Of a stretch of DNA of 64,000 nt, positions 1-13,582 are shown piece after piece. A program made the translations under genes and the position numbers. The DNA lies in contig OX597824.1 of assembly GCA_951406725.2 (NCBI GenBank), positions 5,270,001 through 5,334,000 of the forward strand. Direction: 5' to 3'. This DNA is from Octopus vulgaris (lineage: Eukaryota). Below the pieces are notes generated by a model. That model did no database searches, was not told the origin of the DNA, and worked only from the letters and a program-made list of their open reading frames with translations. Every line of letters begins with the position of its first letter. The first letter of the stretch is position 1.

Positions 1-514
1 AACTCATTCGCAGTAAAATTTTAATAAAGAATTTTCCAACTGAAGTCATTTTTGAACCATAATTATACCGATATACGAGAAATATTGTTTTCTTAAAGAA
101 CAAGTAGTAAGACTTGTTCGTTGTATACAGATTGTATTCAATTAAAAACAGAAAATAAAAACCGAACGAAAACGTTTTATTTCGATGTGTCGATCGAAAG
201 ATTGGCGGTTTTGTATTATCATTGTGGTTTCACGGTTTCCCGGCACAATTTTTCCATTAACGAAATTAACTTAGTTATTTCAGCGTTATCTATGTTATGA
301 AAATAATATAATAATCGACGAATGTCTGCATTGATAGCTAACATTGTGATTAAAAAAAAAAAAAAAAGAGAAAAGAAATTCTTTACAAGAAATATAACAT
401 CATAAAATTTCTTACGCATCAGAAGCAAAAGTCGTGTTAGAGAAGAAAGAATGTCCGCTTCCAATAATAAGTTAATACCGATTATTTAGATGTACACACA
501 CATACACACACACG

Positions 515-570
<56 letters not shown>

Positions 571-1852
571 TATATAAAGAACATTACAGCTAACCAAAGC
601 TATAGGCTACCGAAATAGCAATACACTGGCCTACGGCTTGTAGACATTATTGTATTCGCTTTCTCCTGAAGTTGTTGTGAAACCCGTAGAAACTATTATA
701 CTTTAAGCATCCGGTGTTATTTTCATTCACAAATTGCCCTTGATAAATAAAAAGGCCTATGTTGTGTCACATCGCTCTCGACACACGCAAAGCTTTGCCT
801 AAATATATTTGCTTGAAATTTTAAGGTGTTTCCATTACTTTGTCCACCCCTGTATTTATATATGTATATGAATGTGTATATATGATATATTTAGATGTTT
901 AGCCTACGCACACACGTACACAAGCTCACACGCATGTAAAGTTTAGTATACGAATGTAAGTAACAACAACTAATATTCTAAAACCTTTCAGTGTATTTCT
1001 GCCAATATCTGTAAACAGACTCTTATGTAATTTATTCTAAAAAGAAGTTTATGAATTATTTGATCCGAAAATTATTCTTTTATATATTGTCATGAATTGA
1101 GGCAAAATTCTTTGATCGGTGTTGAAAATCAAAGAACGGTTAATTGAAGTGTAATTTAGAAGTTTGTTTCGGAAAAGAAGCGACAAGTGACTCTTGGACC
1201 AGAATTAGTTCAATCAAGAAATTTCTTGGAAGTCCACTGAAAAAGTTGTTTGCCACGAAGTATGTTTTTGTAATTTTGGTTTTTCGGTTTCGGTTAATCA
1301 TACTTTACGCATAACAATAGATATGTGTAAATGGATGCATTACTGGTCTTTGGCATCTCTCTAAATACACATCTTTGGGAATTAAGAGACCGATATGTAT
1401 TTATATATCTCGGCATATTCTTCAGCGTTATTGAGAATAACAATTTGTAATCTTCTCCTATGCTGTCCAATTCAGATAAAAGGAAAAACGCAGTCATTAC
1501 ATGCAAACAATACCGCGTCAGGCATTCATTATTGTCTGTTTTCATGCGAATTTTCAAACCGTTCCCATCATTATCGAACATGCCCCACACCATTTATGTA
1601 TTTATATATGCCTGTTGATCTGTGTGTATTTCTGTTCCCCTTCATTGCATTATATCAAAGAGACACGCTGAGAGAATGATAGAAAGAATAGGAGAGATTG
1701 AAGTTGGAAAAAAGAAAGCGTTATACATCACACAAATATACGACCGCATTCACAATCATGGCCTCATAACCCTTCTGTTTCTCTCCGTATCTATAACTAC
1801 CGCTCGTAGTGTGAGTCTCATTCTCTCTCTTCATTCCACTATACCAGAAATT

Positions 1853-1885
<33 letters not shown>

Positions 1886-2704
1886 GGGGAGATAGAAGAA
1901 GAGAGCCAGAAAAAAAAAGTGACTGAGAGAGGCAAGAAAGAAAGGAAATTCTGGGAAATTGAAAGAGGAACAACACGGAGTTTTATGTCCCGCATAGGTA
2001 CCATTGCCTTCCTTACTAGTTTTATGTCCCGCATTGCCTTCCTTACTATCGCTCGCTTTTATCTTTTGCGATTTGTCTCTTTATGGAAATATATCATTGT
2101 GTATCTCACTTTATTTCTCTATTTCAGAGCGGGAAAGGCAAAGAAATGATAAGAGAAAGAAAAGTAGAGAGCGAGAGAGACACAGAGAGAGGGGGGTGAG
2201 AGAAAAAGAGAAGAAATTATACTGAAATAATTATTCAAATTTCAAATTTCATCCTACATCTTTCTCGATAGATATTAAGGTATGGCGGAGATTTCTTAAA
2301 ATAAATGTCATAAAACCTAAAACCTTTCCTGTGATTTGGCGAATAAATTATAAACAGGATTTTCTGATTGATCGCCCTGCAGTTTCTGAATGCAAGGAGA
2401 ACATACATAGAAGTGGTTCGCATTTATACATTTGGATTGCATTTTGGAAATGCTGTATTGTTTTGAATACCACGTCAATGGAAAGAATACCGAGAATTCC
2501 AATGAATGAATTGTACACTGGATCGGTCCTTTGTAGGGCAAATAAAAGTCCGAATTATACGCTTACCTACAGAAAACCCAGTATATTAAGTATTAGTCGT
2601 AAATTTCACAGAGTTTGCGTTGGCCTTTCATCTCGCGACGTTGGTGAGAGATTCGCTAATGCAGAACGTATCTCAATGCATCGACACCCGTGATTATTAT
2701 GCTA

Positions 2705-2718
2705 TGACGATGATGATG

Positions 2719-2782
<64 letters not shown>

Positions 2783-2838
2783 TGATAATAATAATAATAA
2801 TAATAATAATGTTGATGATGATGATAATAATAATAATG

Positions 2839-2896
<58 letters not shown>
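2705..2896. repeat. (ATA/ATG)n microsatellite
   Basis: Seen directly; continues at 3131-3181. Confidence 0.97.
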
Positions 2897-2898
<2 letters not shown>

Positions 2899-3130
2899 GT
2901 TAATTCTGGTTTATTGACCACAAGGGCTAACAAAAATCAAAGAAACATATAAGGACAAATACAGGGCGAAAATTACAAAGGGTTTTGTCCGAAAGAAAGG
3001 TCCGTGTAAACATTCAAAATAACAACGAAAATTATAACAAATAGAACTCCCAATAGGGGGAGGCGCTTCGAAAGGTTACTCATGGAAAAACCCATAAAAG
3101 CCACGGAAGCCTGGTCAAAAAGGGTTAGAT
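2897..3130 (-). mobile_element. 5'-truncated 3' UTR of a related Tx1-type LINE inserted in (TAT)n
   Basis: Minus strand has GGCTTCCGTGGCTTTTATGGGTTTTTCC and GTATTTGTCC...TAGCCCTTGTGGTCAATAAA. These resemble the LINE 3' UTR at 48415-48450 and 48607-48647. (ATA)n on both sides. Confidence 0.65.
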
Positions 3131-3133
3131 ATG

Positions 3134-3181
<48 letters not shown>

Positions 3182-4546
3182 GGTTCTTGCATTGAGATAA
3201 ATCAAAGTGATTATTTACATCCAGTGGAGTTTCTTTTATCGAGTCCAGTGGATTTCAAAAACAGGCGAATAAAAGCACATAACCAAGTTAAAAAAGATCT
3301 CACTCGTTCCAGAAATTATTGCTTAGCTTAATAATTAGTTACATTAAGTGGATGGACCCATAAGAAAATACATCAATCTGTTTCAGGTAAAGCGCAAGAA
3401 CAAACTGTGATTATTTTCTAGCGCCTGAATTACCTAAGAATTAACAGACCAATCACGCGGCAAAAGGTTTGCTGTTTGCTATGCATTCGATTACATAAAA
3501 TGTGAAGTAATAAACTAGTAGAGGTTGGGGTGGGACACAACGGGGAGGTTTACTGTATTTTTGATTTTGAGAATAATCATATCTTTATACCAGTCTTCAC
3601 TACCTTACAAAAACTAAGAAAATGACCTTCACCTAAGAAAATGACCTCTAAATGCATTAAAAGCATCCCTTCTCTTTGAGCATATAAAAAACAAAAATTT
3701 AGTTGGGGCAAAATGAGTCAGCCAAGATAATGTAAATTTGCTGCTTCAGTTCTCTAGAAAATAGATTCATACGCATCAATATCCATCCCTAAATGAGAAA
3801 TGCAACAAAAATTTTAAATATCTAGGTCAAATGAAAGAGGATCATGGAAAAATTGCACATGATATGAAATTAACGAAACTCAACTAAATCGAAAAACTCA
3901 ACTTAAAATATTCTCTGTAGCTTCTTCAGGATCTGCTGGAGGGGCTCTCTTTTAGATCAATTTAAGAACCATGCAGTTAAAGAGAATAATTATTGAAATT
4001 AATCATACCTCATTTTACCTCATTTTAGTCATCATCTTTTGAAAATTGAAAATGATCAAACCAGACATTAGTGTGGGAAGAAATTGACCAGGAATCCAAC
4101 AGGGAAAAGAGTATTGACTGTTAAGCACTAAAAACTATCCAGCTCTTTTATTAGCAACAAGGAGGGTTATGCCAACACGACCCTCCTCGTTTTTTTATCA
4201 ATATCGATAACGCAGCAAATGATTTCAGCTCAAAAGAGAGCATACGATTGGTTAAAATTCGAAAAATTAAACTACGTTAAACAAACGAATTACAAATTTA
4301 TCAAAAAAGCCAAGTGAAAATAATGTTTTATTTTGACACATTCTACCAGTATACGAAGTTTCAGATTGTTTAGTTAACTAGAAATTGTGTTGAATTCTGT
4401 CTAGCAAAAGGAAAAGATCCAAAGATCTACTTCTCATCACCTGTAAAAAGCCTTCATAAAAATGGTTCCTTAAGGAGAAGGCAAAAACTGACAACTAACA
4501 ACACGCTGCTGCAGATTCTCTGAAGACAGTTCGTGCGAGAACCATT

Positions 4547-4608
<62 letters not shown>

Positions 4609-4710
4609 TGTATGTATGTATGTATGTATGTATGTATGTATGCATGCATGCATGCATGCATGCATGTATGTATGTATGTATGTATGTATGTATGTATGTA
4701 TGCATGTATG

Positions 4711-4744
<34 letters not shown>

Positions 4745-4876
4745 TGTATGTATGTTTTTTTATGTATGTATGTATGTATGTATGCATGTATGTATGTATG
4801 TATGTATGTATGTATGTATGTATGTATGTATGTATGCATGCATGTATGTATGTATGTATGCATGTATGCATGTATG

Positions 4877-4907
<31 letters not shown>

Positions 4908-5010
4908 TTATGTATGTATGTATGTATGTATGTATGTATGTATGTATGTATGTATGTATGTATGTATGTATGTATGTATGTATGTATGTATGTATGTATG
5001 TATGTATGTA

Positions 5011-5250
5011 TGTGCAGGTTTGTATGTCTTATGTATGTATTCTCATACGTATAGTTGCATTTCTAGACATGCTCATATATATTCAAATGATAAACTTCTG
5101 GAAAGTTTTACAGATTTTTAGAGTTCCAGTGGTGGATTGCATCTGCAGTCCTCGAATTAGCTTTTTCTCTTCTGGTTTTCAGCAGCCCAATTTCTCAAGA
5201 TTGGTATTTAGGCAGCGTGTTCCATATCTCAGGCCTCAATAATTACAGGT
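5011..5250 (-). mobile_element. 3' fragment of an RLE-endonuclease LINE (R4/Dong-like), copy 1, in (CATA)n
   Basis: Decayed minus-strand translation PVII..LNTNLEKLG..KKLIRGLQMQSTTGTLKICKTFQKFII*, typical of the C-terminus after the restriction-like endonuclease. Confidence 0.6.
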
Positions 5251-5365
5251 ATATGTATGAATGTATGTATGTGTGTATGTATGTATGTATGTATGCATGC
5301 ATGCATGTATGTATGTATGTATGTATGTACGTACGTACGTACGTTCGTATGTATGTATGTATGTA

Positions 5366-5730
5366 TCTCATTATTCAGTTTATTTCAAGAATTTTTGCCA
5401 ATAGAGAATGAACCGGTTTCTAACCTACAGCCAAGGTTCCGTCATTGGAATTTCAACATCAGCAACAGGGTATTTTTGTTTGTATGTATGTACCGATTCG
5501 TATGTTTTATGTATGTATTCTCATGCATATAATTGCATATTTAGACATGCTCATATATATTTAAATGATAAACTTCTGCAAAGTTTTACAGATTTTTACA
5601 GTCCCGGTAATTGTTTGGATGTGCGGTCTTTAAATTAGCTTTCTCCTTTCTAGTTTTGAGAATCCTAATTTCTCAAGATTGATATTTAGGCAGTGTGTTC
5701 CATATCCCAGGACCCCAATAATTACAGGTA
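5366..5730 (-). mobile_element. 3' fragment of an RLE-endonuclease LINE (R4/Dong-like), copy 2 with longer 3' UTR, in (CATA)n
   Basis: Minus strand IPVIIGVLGYGTHCLNINLEKLGFSKLERRKLI*RPHIQTITGTVKICKTLQKFII*; clearly homologous to 5011-5250. Confidence 0.65.
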
Positions 5731-6730
5731 TATGTATGTATGCATGCATGCATGCCTGCATGTATGTATGTATGTATGTATGTATGTATGTATGTATGTA
5801 TGTATGTATGTATGTATGTATGTATGTACGTACGTACGTATATATCCATGTGTTGTATGTATGTATGTATGTGTTGTATGTATGTATATTTGGTTGTATG
5901 AATGTATGTATATATCCATGTGTTGTATGTATGTATGTATGTGTTGTATGTATGTATATTTGGTTGTATGAATGTATGTATATATCCTGTGTGCATATGT
6001 ATGTATGTATGTGTTGTATGTATATTTGGTTGTATGTATGTATGTATGTACGTACGTACGTATATATCCATGTGTGCATATGTACGTGTGCTTGTATATC
6101 TAAACCGCCGCCCACATATTCTTCTTCTGATAATTCCATTCCATTACTTTACTCAGTTCCCTCCCTTTATTGCATCAGCTGCATATGGTAATCTCAAATT
6201 GCATCCCAATGTCTCCACCAAAGATTTATGTTGTTTGCAATAAAAACTCCTCATTGCAAACAACTTGAAATCTTTCGCAAATCGAATATTATATTTTATA
6301 TCATTTATCCTTCATTATAGATGCATTCGTTGAAATAATTTTATTGCTGTATATCATGTATAACTGAAAAAGCAAAGGTTTCAATATGGAGGCTGCTAAT
6401 ATATATATATTTTGCATTCGTTTCGCATTCCTTTATTCTCATTCTCATCAGTTTTCTTATATTTTCTTCCACATCTATTATTACCTTTACTCAATAAATT
6501 AGAATAACAAAAGATAAGATTTCGCCGTGTATCCCAATAAAAAAAACACAACGAATTTAAATGGAAATTATTGCCAACCATAATCTTTAAAGCCGTGTAG
6601 CATTAATATTGTATTAGGTGTTGACGGATGTAGCCAAAATGAAAAGAAAAAGAAAAAAAAAACACTTCCATCACCTGTGTCACGTTGCTTTAGCTTAACA
6701 GATAATAATTTGATATTTTTTTTTAAAGCT

Positions 6731-7095
6731 ATCATCATCATCATTGTCATCATCATCATCACTGCCGTCATTATCGTCATCATCATCATCATCATGATCA
6801 CCACCACCACCATCGTTATCATCGTCATCGTCTTCACCATCACCACAACCACCACCACCACCACCACCATCATCATCGTCGTCGTCATCATCATCATCAT
6901 CATTATCATCATCATCGTCGTCGTCATCATCATCATCATCATCAACATCATCATCATCATTATCATCATCGTCGTCGTCACCATCATCATCATCGTCATC
7001 GTCATCGTCATCATCATCGTCATCATCATAATCATCATCATCGTCACCACCATCACCATCACCATCATCATCGTCGTCGTTGTCGTCGTCGTTGT
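6731..7095. repeat. (CAT/CAC/CGT)n trinucleotide tract
   Basis: Seen directly. Confidence 0.95.
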
Positions 7096-7390
7096 TAATG
7101 TGGTTCTCATCATCACATAGAAATCATTTTCCAAATAAAAAGAAAAGTTTTATTTTCTGACCAAAATATACGAATATTTTATCAAGTTTTCGAAACCAAT
7201 ACATTAAAATATGACATTTTGGCCAAATTATAAAGATAAACCATAATGGACTGTCAAAGAGTAATATGTTTTATTCTCGAGTGAAGAATTACAACGCAAA
7301 AAGGCAAAGACATAAGTTCTAGCGTGGCTGTGTGGTAACGAGTTCAGTTCCTACCCACGAACTTCCGTGTTCAGTCCTTGGACGAGTGTT

Positions 7391-7620
7391 ATTTCTTTAC
7401 TACCCACAAGGGGCTAAACACAGAGGGGACAAACAAGGACAGACAAACGGATTAAGTCGATTACATCGACCCCAGTGCGAAACTGGTACTTTATTTATCG
7501 ACCCCGAAAGGATGAAAGGTAAAGTCTACTTCGGCGGAATTTGAACTCAGAACGTAATGCCAGACGAAATACGGCTACGCATTTCGCCCGGCGTGCTAAC
7601 GTTTCTGCCAGCTCGCCGCC
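7391..7620 (-). mobile_element. tRNA-derived SINE family B, full length, nested in a decayed family A SINE
   Basis: Head GGCGGCGAGCTGGCAGAAACGTTAGC, B-box GAGTTCAAATTCC, central CTTTCATCCTTTCGGGGTCGATAAA..GTACCAG, tail TTTGTCCCCTCTGTGTTTAGCCCCTTGTGGGTAGTAAAGAAAT. Confidence 0.85.
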
Positions 7621-8102
7621 TTATAGTTTCTCACTATAGCTTCAGACCAATCAAAATCTTGTGAGTATTTTTGATAGAAGGAGGAAAATGCGTAAAAAAA
7701 TTGTAGTGTCTTGGATCAAGTATGAACCACAAAAACAAGATAAAATAAAATAAATATAAACAAGATAAAATAAAATAAAAGAAAAAGAGAACGAAGTATC
7801 AAAGAATTTAATGGAATTGTCCGACGACTCAGGTCTTCAGAATCATGAACCGGAATATTCCTGCTTACTTTTCTAAATTCATTAAAACTTTGACTTTAAA
7901 TTAAATAGGTCCACGTGTCGTGTGGTTCAGAATTTCAGTTCGCAATCACAGGTTTTAGAGTTCAAGTCCCAGTGAAAAGTTGGCCGGGCAAGTGTATTCT
8001 GCTATATTCCCAGGGCAGATCAGTCCGTCTGCATGAATTTGGCTGACGCAAACCGCGTAAAAACTCCGTCCTATGTGTATGTGTATACATACGTATATAT
8101 TC

Positions 8103-8475
8103 TTTTACTTGTTTCAGTCATTAGGCAGCGGCCATGCTGGGGCAACGCGTCGATGGGATTAGTCGAATAAATCGACCCCAGCTCTTATTTTTCTTTTAAA
8201 CGTGATACCCATTCACATTTCCTTTTTTTGCCAAACCGCAACGTAAACAAACCAACACTGGTTGCCAAGCGGTGTTGGTGGTGGGGGAGGACAAGAACAA
8301 ATACACCCCACCACACACACATATGGCGAGGTTCTTTCAGTTTCCCCCAACCAAATTCACTCGCTTTAGTCGGCTGTAATAGAAGATAATTGTCCAAACT
8401 ATCATGCAGTGGGAATAACACTGGTACCATGTGGTTACAAAGCAAATACCTTAGCACACTTCCACGCCTGCTCCT
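8103..8475 (-). mobile_element. SINE family A, diverged, head-to-head with 8492-8912
   Basis: Reverse-complement homology to family A. Confidence 0.7.
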
Positions 8476-8491
8476 ATATATATATAGGACT

Positions 8492-8668
8492 GGCGCGGGA
8501 GTGGCTGCCTGGTAAGTAGCTAGCTTACCAGCCACATGGTTTCGGGTTCAGTCCCGCTGCGTTGCACCTTGAGCAAGTGTCTTCTATTATAGCCTCGGGT
8601 CAACCAAAGACTTGTGAGTGGATTTGGTAGACTGAAACTGAAAGTAGCGCGTCGTATATATATATATG

Positions 8669-8699
<31 letters not shown>

Positions 8700-8912
8700 A
8701 AATGTGTATATGTTTGTCTGTGCTTGTCCCAGCACCATTGCTTGACAACCAATGCTGGTGTGTCGACGTCCCCGTAACTTAGCGGCTCGGCAAAAGGGGA
8801 CAATAGAATTAGTACTAGGCTTACAAAGAATAAGTCCTGGGGTCAATTTGTTTGACTAAAGGCGATGCTCCAGTATGGCCGCAGTGAAATGACTGAAACA
8901 AGTAAAAGAATA
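8492..8912 (+). mobile_element. tRNA-derived SINE family A (CORE-like, internal TA/TG microsatellite)
   Basis: Head GGCGCGGGAGTGGCTG, B-box GGGTTCAGTCCC, CORE-like CACCTTGAGCAAGTGTCTT, tail GACTGAAACAAGTAAAAG. At least 10 homologous copies in the window. Confidence 0.85.
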
Positions 8913-10150
8913 ACAAATAAAAGAAAATATATTTATGGGTGTGTGTATGTGTGAGTGTGTGTGTGTGTGTATGTGTGTCTTAGTCTGTACCTCTGTCTCT
9001 CTTTGTGTTTCTCTCTTGACAACCGATGAATAGCTGTTCATAGCGCCATAACCTAGCGATTACTTGATGCAGAGTAAAAGCCTGGATCGAACTGACGAAC
9101 TAAACCCCTTCAGGTACTATCCGAGCCATGATTGAAAAACTTGAACGAAAATGAAAATGATCACAGGCCTCTACATTGTTTGTACCACCTAATTAAATGT
9201 GTGACTAATCAGGAAATATAAGTAAACACACGTTTATTATTCGTGAATTATTGCTATAAGATTGAAGCCTGACTTTGGGTGTCTCGAATATTGGTTATTA
9301 AAATGTAAACTTTGTGTAGAGATATATCAAAATAAAAGACATTTTATTGAAATCATAAAACAAAAGCCTAAATCATAAATTCTTAAAAATGGCTGCCTTA
9401 CTTTATACACTTTATATACGCACTTTATACACTTTATATACGCACTTTATACACTTTATACACGCGCTTTTCCCTCGTTATTTATTCCCTCGATATTTAT
9501 TCCAGAAATATTTCATTTAGAATTGGTGAAAGAGGCAAAATAAGCAAACCCAGATGTTTTATTGGCAACGGAGTGTATAAAGAAAATTCTTTAAACCATT
9601 ACCTATTCTATTTCTTTGATATTGAGTTCTTTAGAACATTTGTTTAAAACTGCAAATCAATATAACAATAATTTTAGGTTACAATAAATGACCGAACCGA
9701 TGAAATTATTTGCTCGTTCTTTCAAATTATATTGAAAAGAATGCAACGCAGAAAGCTTCAAAGAGTGGAAGCATAGAAGTTTACAGAAATAATATTCAAT
9801 CAAATATACACGCGCTCACACACACACACACACATGCATACACACGCATACACCAAGAAAAGAAATAAAAATGGCTGTTGGTAAAACAGCCTTTGATCAA
9901 ATTATTTTAATGGCGTATTTGTCCAACAGTTTACAGTTTGATCTTGTGTCGTGTATTAAATATTCATGTAAATGAATATCGTGTAATTAATTAATATTCA
10001 TGTATTTAAATAGAATCAGACTCACTGATCGTAGTGCGACATTAGAATTATAAATAAATGTCCAATGTGTCCGCAGTCTGGGAGCTATTTACCGAATGTC
10101 ATATTTTCTCTGACCAGATCCAAATACTGATTTACAAGCCTTGTTGGTCA

Positions 10151-10199
<49 letters not shown>

Positions 10200-10257
10200 T
10201 ATGTTTATATATATATATATATATATATTTATGTGTGTGTCTGTGCGTATGTATGTG

Positions 10258-10303
<46 letters not shown>

Positions 10304-10304
10304 G

Positions 10305-10414
<110 letters not shown>

Positions 10415-11586
10415 TGTATACAGATACACAAGCGCGCACACACACATATATAAATCTGGTATATTTCTCCTAAAATTTCATTAACATATTTCCAATATAA
10501 GGCAATTAGAATACAATGATTAACTCATCTAAAGTACCAGCTGTCGAAACATTCAGACGCAATACTTTATAGAAAAGAGAATCACGTCTTTGCATATAGA
10601 ACCGTCGCATATTCTTTAGTATTTGGAAACCATTCGTGCCATAGTTAAGGCATTTCACTGATTAGAGTAAACAGCTCTAATATAAGTTTGGTACTATTAA
10701 CATAATCTTAAGAACTATTATGATTACTTCTAAACGTTATAACACTATCACTCCCTCTTTTCCTAGACCTACTGGCGTATCCCATTATGGTAAAGTTTTT
10801 ATTTTATTTTTTTAATTATTTATAAACCCTGTTATCTCTTTAGAAAAATTAACTCACCAATTTATATTTTAAGTTTAGTCATTTACTTAACGTCCTGAAG
10901 CGTCACATATGCAAAATGGTGTGATTTAAATATATAAGCCTTCCTTCTTCTTCTTCTTGAGGTTCTTCTTCTTTTCTTTTCTTTTCTTTTATGTATTTTT
11001 CTTCACTATGATGAAGCTCCATATTCCAGATCGGATGTGTTACCAAATATGATGTGTATTATTTTCAGAATTTTCAATGGCAGTACCGTGGAACACTGGA
11101 AGCAGAAACGGCTGTTAGATATGATTAAGTCTATTTGTATAAAAAAGTAATAATCGATGTTAGTCAATTGTTGTTGATCAATATTTCTCCATTTTCTGTT
11201 TACTTTAGATTTATATATAAACGTGTGTGTGTGTGTATATGTGTTTGTGCGTGCATGTGTGTGTATGTGTATGTATGTTTATGTCTGTGTATGTTGCTTG
11301 TGTGTATGTGTGTGTATATATCTATATACGCGCAAATTTGGCTGATGTTTCCTTTTCTCTATTTCTTCAGGAATCGATAAAAAAATCCTAGTCAAGTACT
11401 TCGTTCAATTTAACCGAGTTCTAATATATACCATTTTATGAGCTAGAGTTGTTCTTTTTAAAAATTTGGAAACCTTTTAGACATAATAACTATCTAACAT
11501 AAAACAAAACATGTTATGTCCATAATTATAACATAACGAAAAAACCAAAATAATTTCATTACCAATTCAGTAAATACATCCCATAA

Positions 11587-11885
11587 GGCGGCGAGATGGC
11601 AGCGGACTCGCGGTCGTAGGATCGGGGTTTCGATTCCCCAGACAGGGCATTGTGAGTGTTTATTGAGCGAAAACACCTAAAGCTCCACGAGGCTCCAGCA
11701 GGGCTTGGTGGTGAACCTTGCTGTATTCGTTCACCACAACTTTGTTTCACTCCTTCTTCCTGTTTCTGTTGTAACTGTATTTCAAAGGGGCCAGCCTTGT
11801 CACACTCTGTGTCACGCTGAATCTCCCCGAGAACTACGTTAAGGGTACACGTGTCTGTGGAGTGCTCAGCCACTTGCACGTTAAT
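11587..11885 (+). mobile_element. tRNA-derived SINE family C
   Basis: B-box-like GGTTTCGATTCCC; body matches the reverse complement of 59038-59420. Confidence 0.75.
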
Positions 11886-12065
11886 AAATGAGTTGCGACG
11901 TCACTGGTGCCAAGCTGTATCGGCCCCTTTGCCTTTCCCTTGGATAACAACGGTGGAGGGGGGAGGCCAGTATGCATGGGCGACTGCTGGTCTTCTATAA
12001 GCAACCTTGTCCCGACTTGTGCCTCGGAGGGTAACTTTCTAGGTGCAATCCCGAAGGGTGTCACA

Positions 12066-12096
<31 letters not shown>

Positions 12097-12985
12097 TATA
12101 TATACATGTATACATCTTACTAGAAGCATGTATAGTTGTCATATTGGATGTTTCTGCCAATCAAGTTGCTCTGAAAATGCGATCGATTTCGGTGCAACGA
12201 AAGCAAATTCGACTGAGGTGTGGCTTGAACACCAAAGCATGATGGACACTGATTATCCTTCAATTGTTTACACAAATCTTCCAATAAGATTATTTATACA
12301 TCAAAGCAAAAATAAATGAAACACTTGAAAATTCAAAGCAGAAATTTACGGCAGACGCTAACACACATGTCTGTACAAGATTTACTTTCTGTAAGAACTT
12401 GCCTACTTCGAAAACATCATATAAACACACTTCCACAGAAAGTAATAGCAGGCACCTTATCTCGTCTAATCTATCTATGTTTAATAGCTTCTTTAATTAT
12501 CAATCTTTTAATTAAGCCATCCAAATTCGTTGCAATATGATGTTGCCAATATGTAATTTTAGCAAATAACTTTTTTCAAAAATGACCAGGTTTAATTGCT
12601 AATGTTGTTATCAGTTATCATTCCATCAAAACTTTCCTTCCTAACACATTTATATAGATAGGTGGCGCTGCAAACGATTGTGCATTCTTGAAGACAAACA
12701 CGAACACGCATTACACACACACACACACACACATAGAGGCGCGCCTACGAGCATGTGTATACATACTCCCATGCAAATACACACAGAATATATATATTTT
12801 ATACACAAACATAGATGTATATGTACTTGTATGCACACGCACACACACCCATATATACACATATATACATATGGCTATATATTCTCATTCCTGTATATGT
12901 ATGTGTATATACATGTACACACACACACATATGTGCACATATATATATATTCATATATATGTACACGTATGTACATATGTGTATA

Positions 12986-13027
<42 letters not shown>

Positions 13028-13582
13028 GCACTCAAATGTATACTTTACTCTTTCCCCTTTTTATACACATACATGCACACTGAATTATATACACACGTAC
13101 ATACACAACTGTACAATCACACTTATATACACCCCATCACACACGCACACACATACGCACACATATTTAATAAACAAGACATTCGCCAATAAACAAGAAT
13201 TATTTATTAATGTATTAGTCAACATGCACAACATTATTGGAAATGATCATGTTTAGAGCGATTAATTTGCTAAACTAGAGAACAACAAAACAAACCGATT
13301 TCCATTTAAATAGAAATTAAATAAATACCCTGAATACCCGACTTCCACACACCGCATTGTTGCTACCAGTTATGTACACACGGATTTTTAATGAAGGCGC
13401 TTTCGAAGAGATTTCTAAAACATTTGTCAGTTTGTCGACGTGGTTTATTTACAACACAATGCTTAATGCTACACAAGGAAAGAAAGCTGGAGATACTCAA
13501 TGCACCCATAATGGTTTTCAAAGCAAAAATGCTCGCCAGAGTCATCCAATTAGGATTTGTATAGTCTCTTATCTTCTTTGAC

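Larger units (their letters stand above)
4547..6075. repeat. (TATG)n microsatellite complex interrupted by LINE fragments
   Basis: Seen directly. Confidence 0.95.

Noticed and set aside
659-693. Hammerhead-like CTGAAGT..GAAACCCGTAGAAA
   Set aside because: Core mismatch, no convincing stem II and stem I out of register; at best a decayed relic.
4157-4192. Hairpin AACAAGGAGGGT..ACCCTCCTCGTT, possible Helentron/MITE end
   Set aside because: No partner terminus or TSD identified.
5395-5465. Minus-strand CTGATG..AACCT/AGGTT-AGAAACCGGTT in the R4-like 3' UTR as a ribozyme
   Set aside because: Core spacing does not fit a hammerhead.
7391-7620. tRNA genes at SINE heads
   Set aside because: A/B-box-like motifs only, no full cloverleaf, and they continue into SINE bodies.
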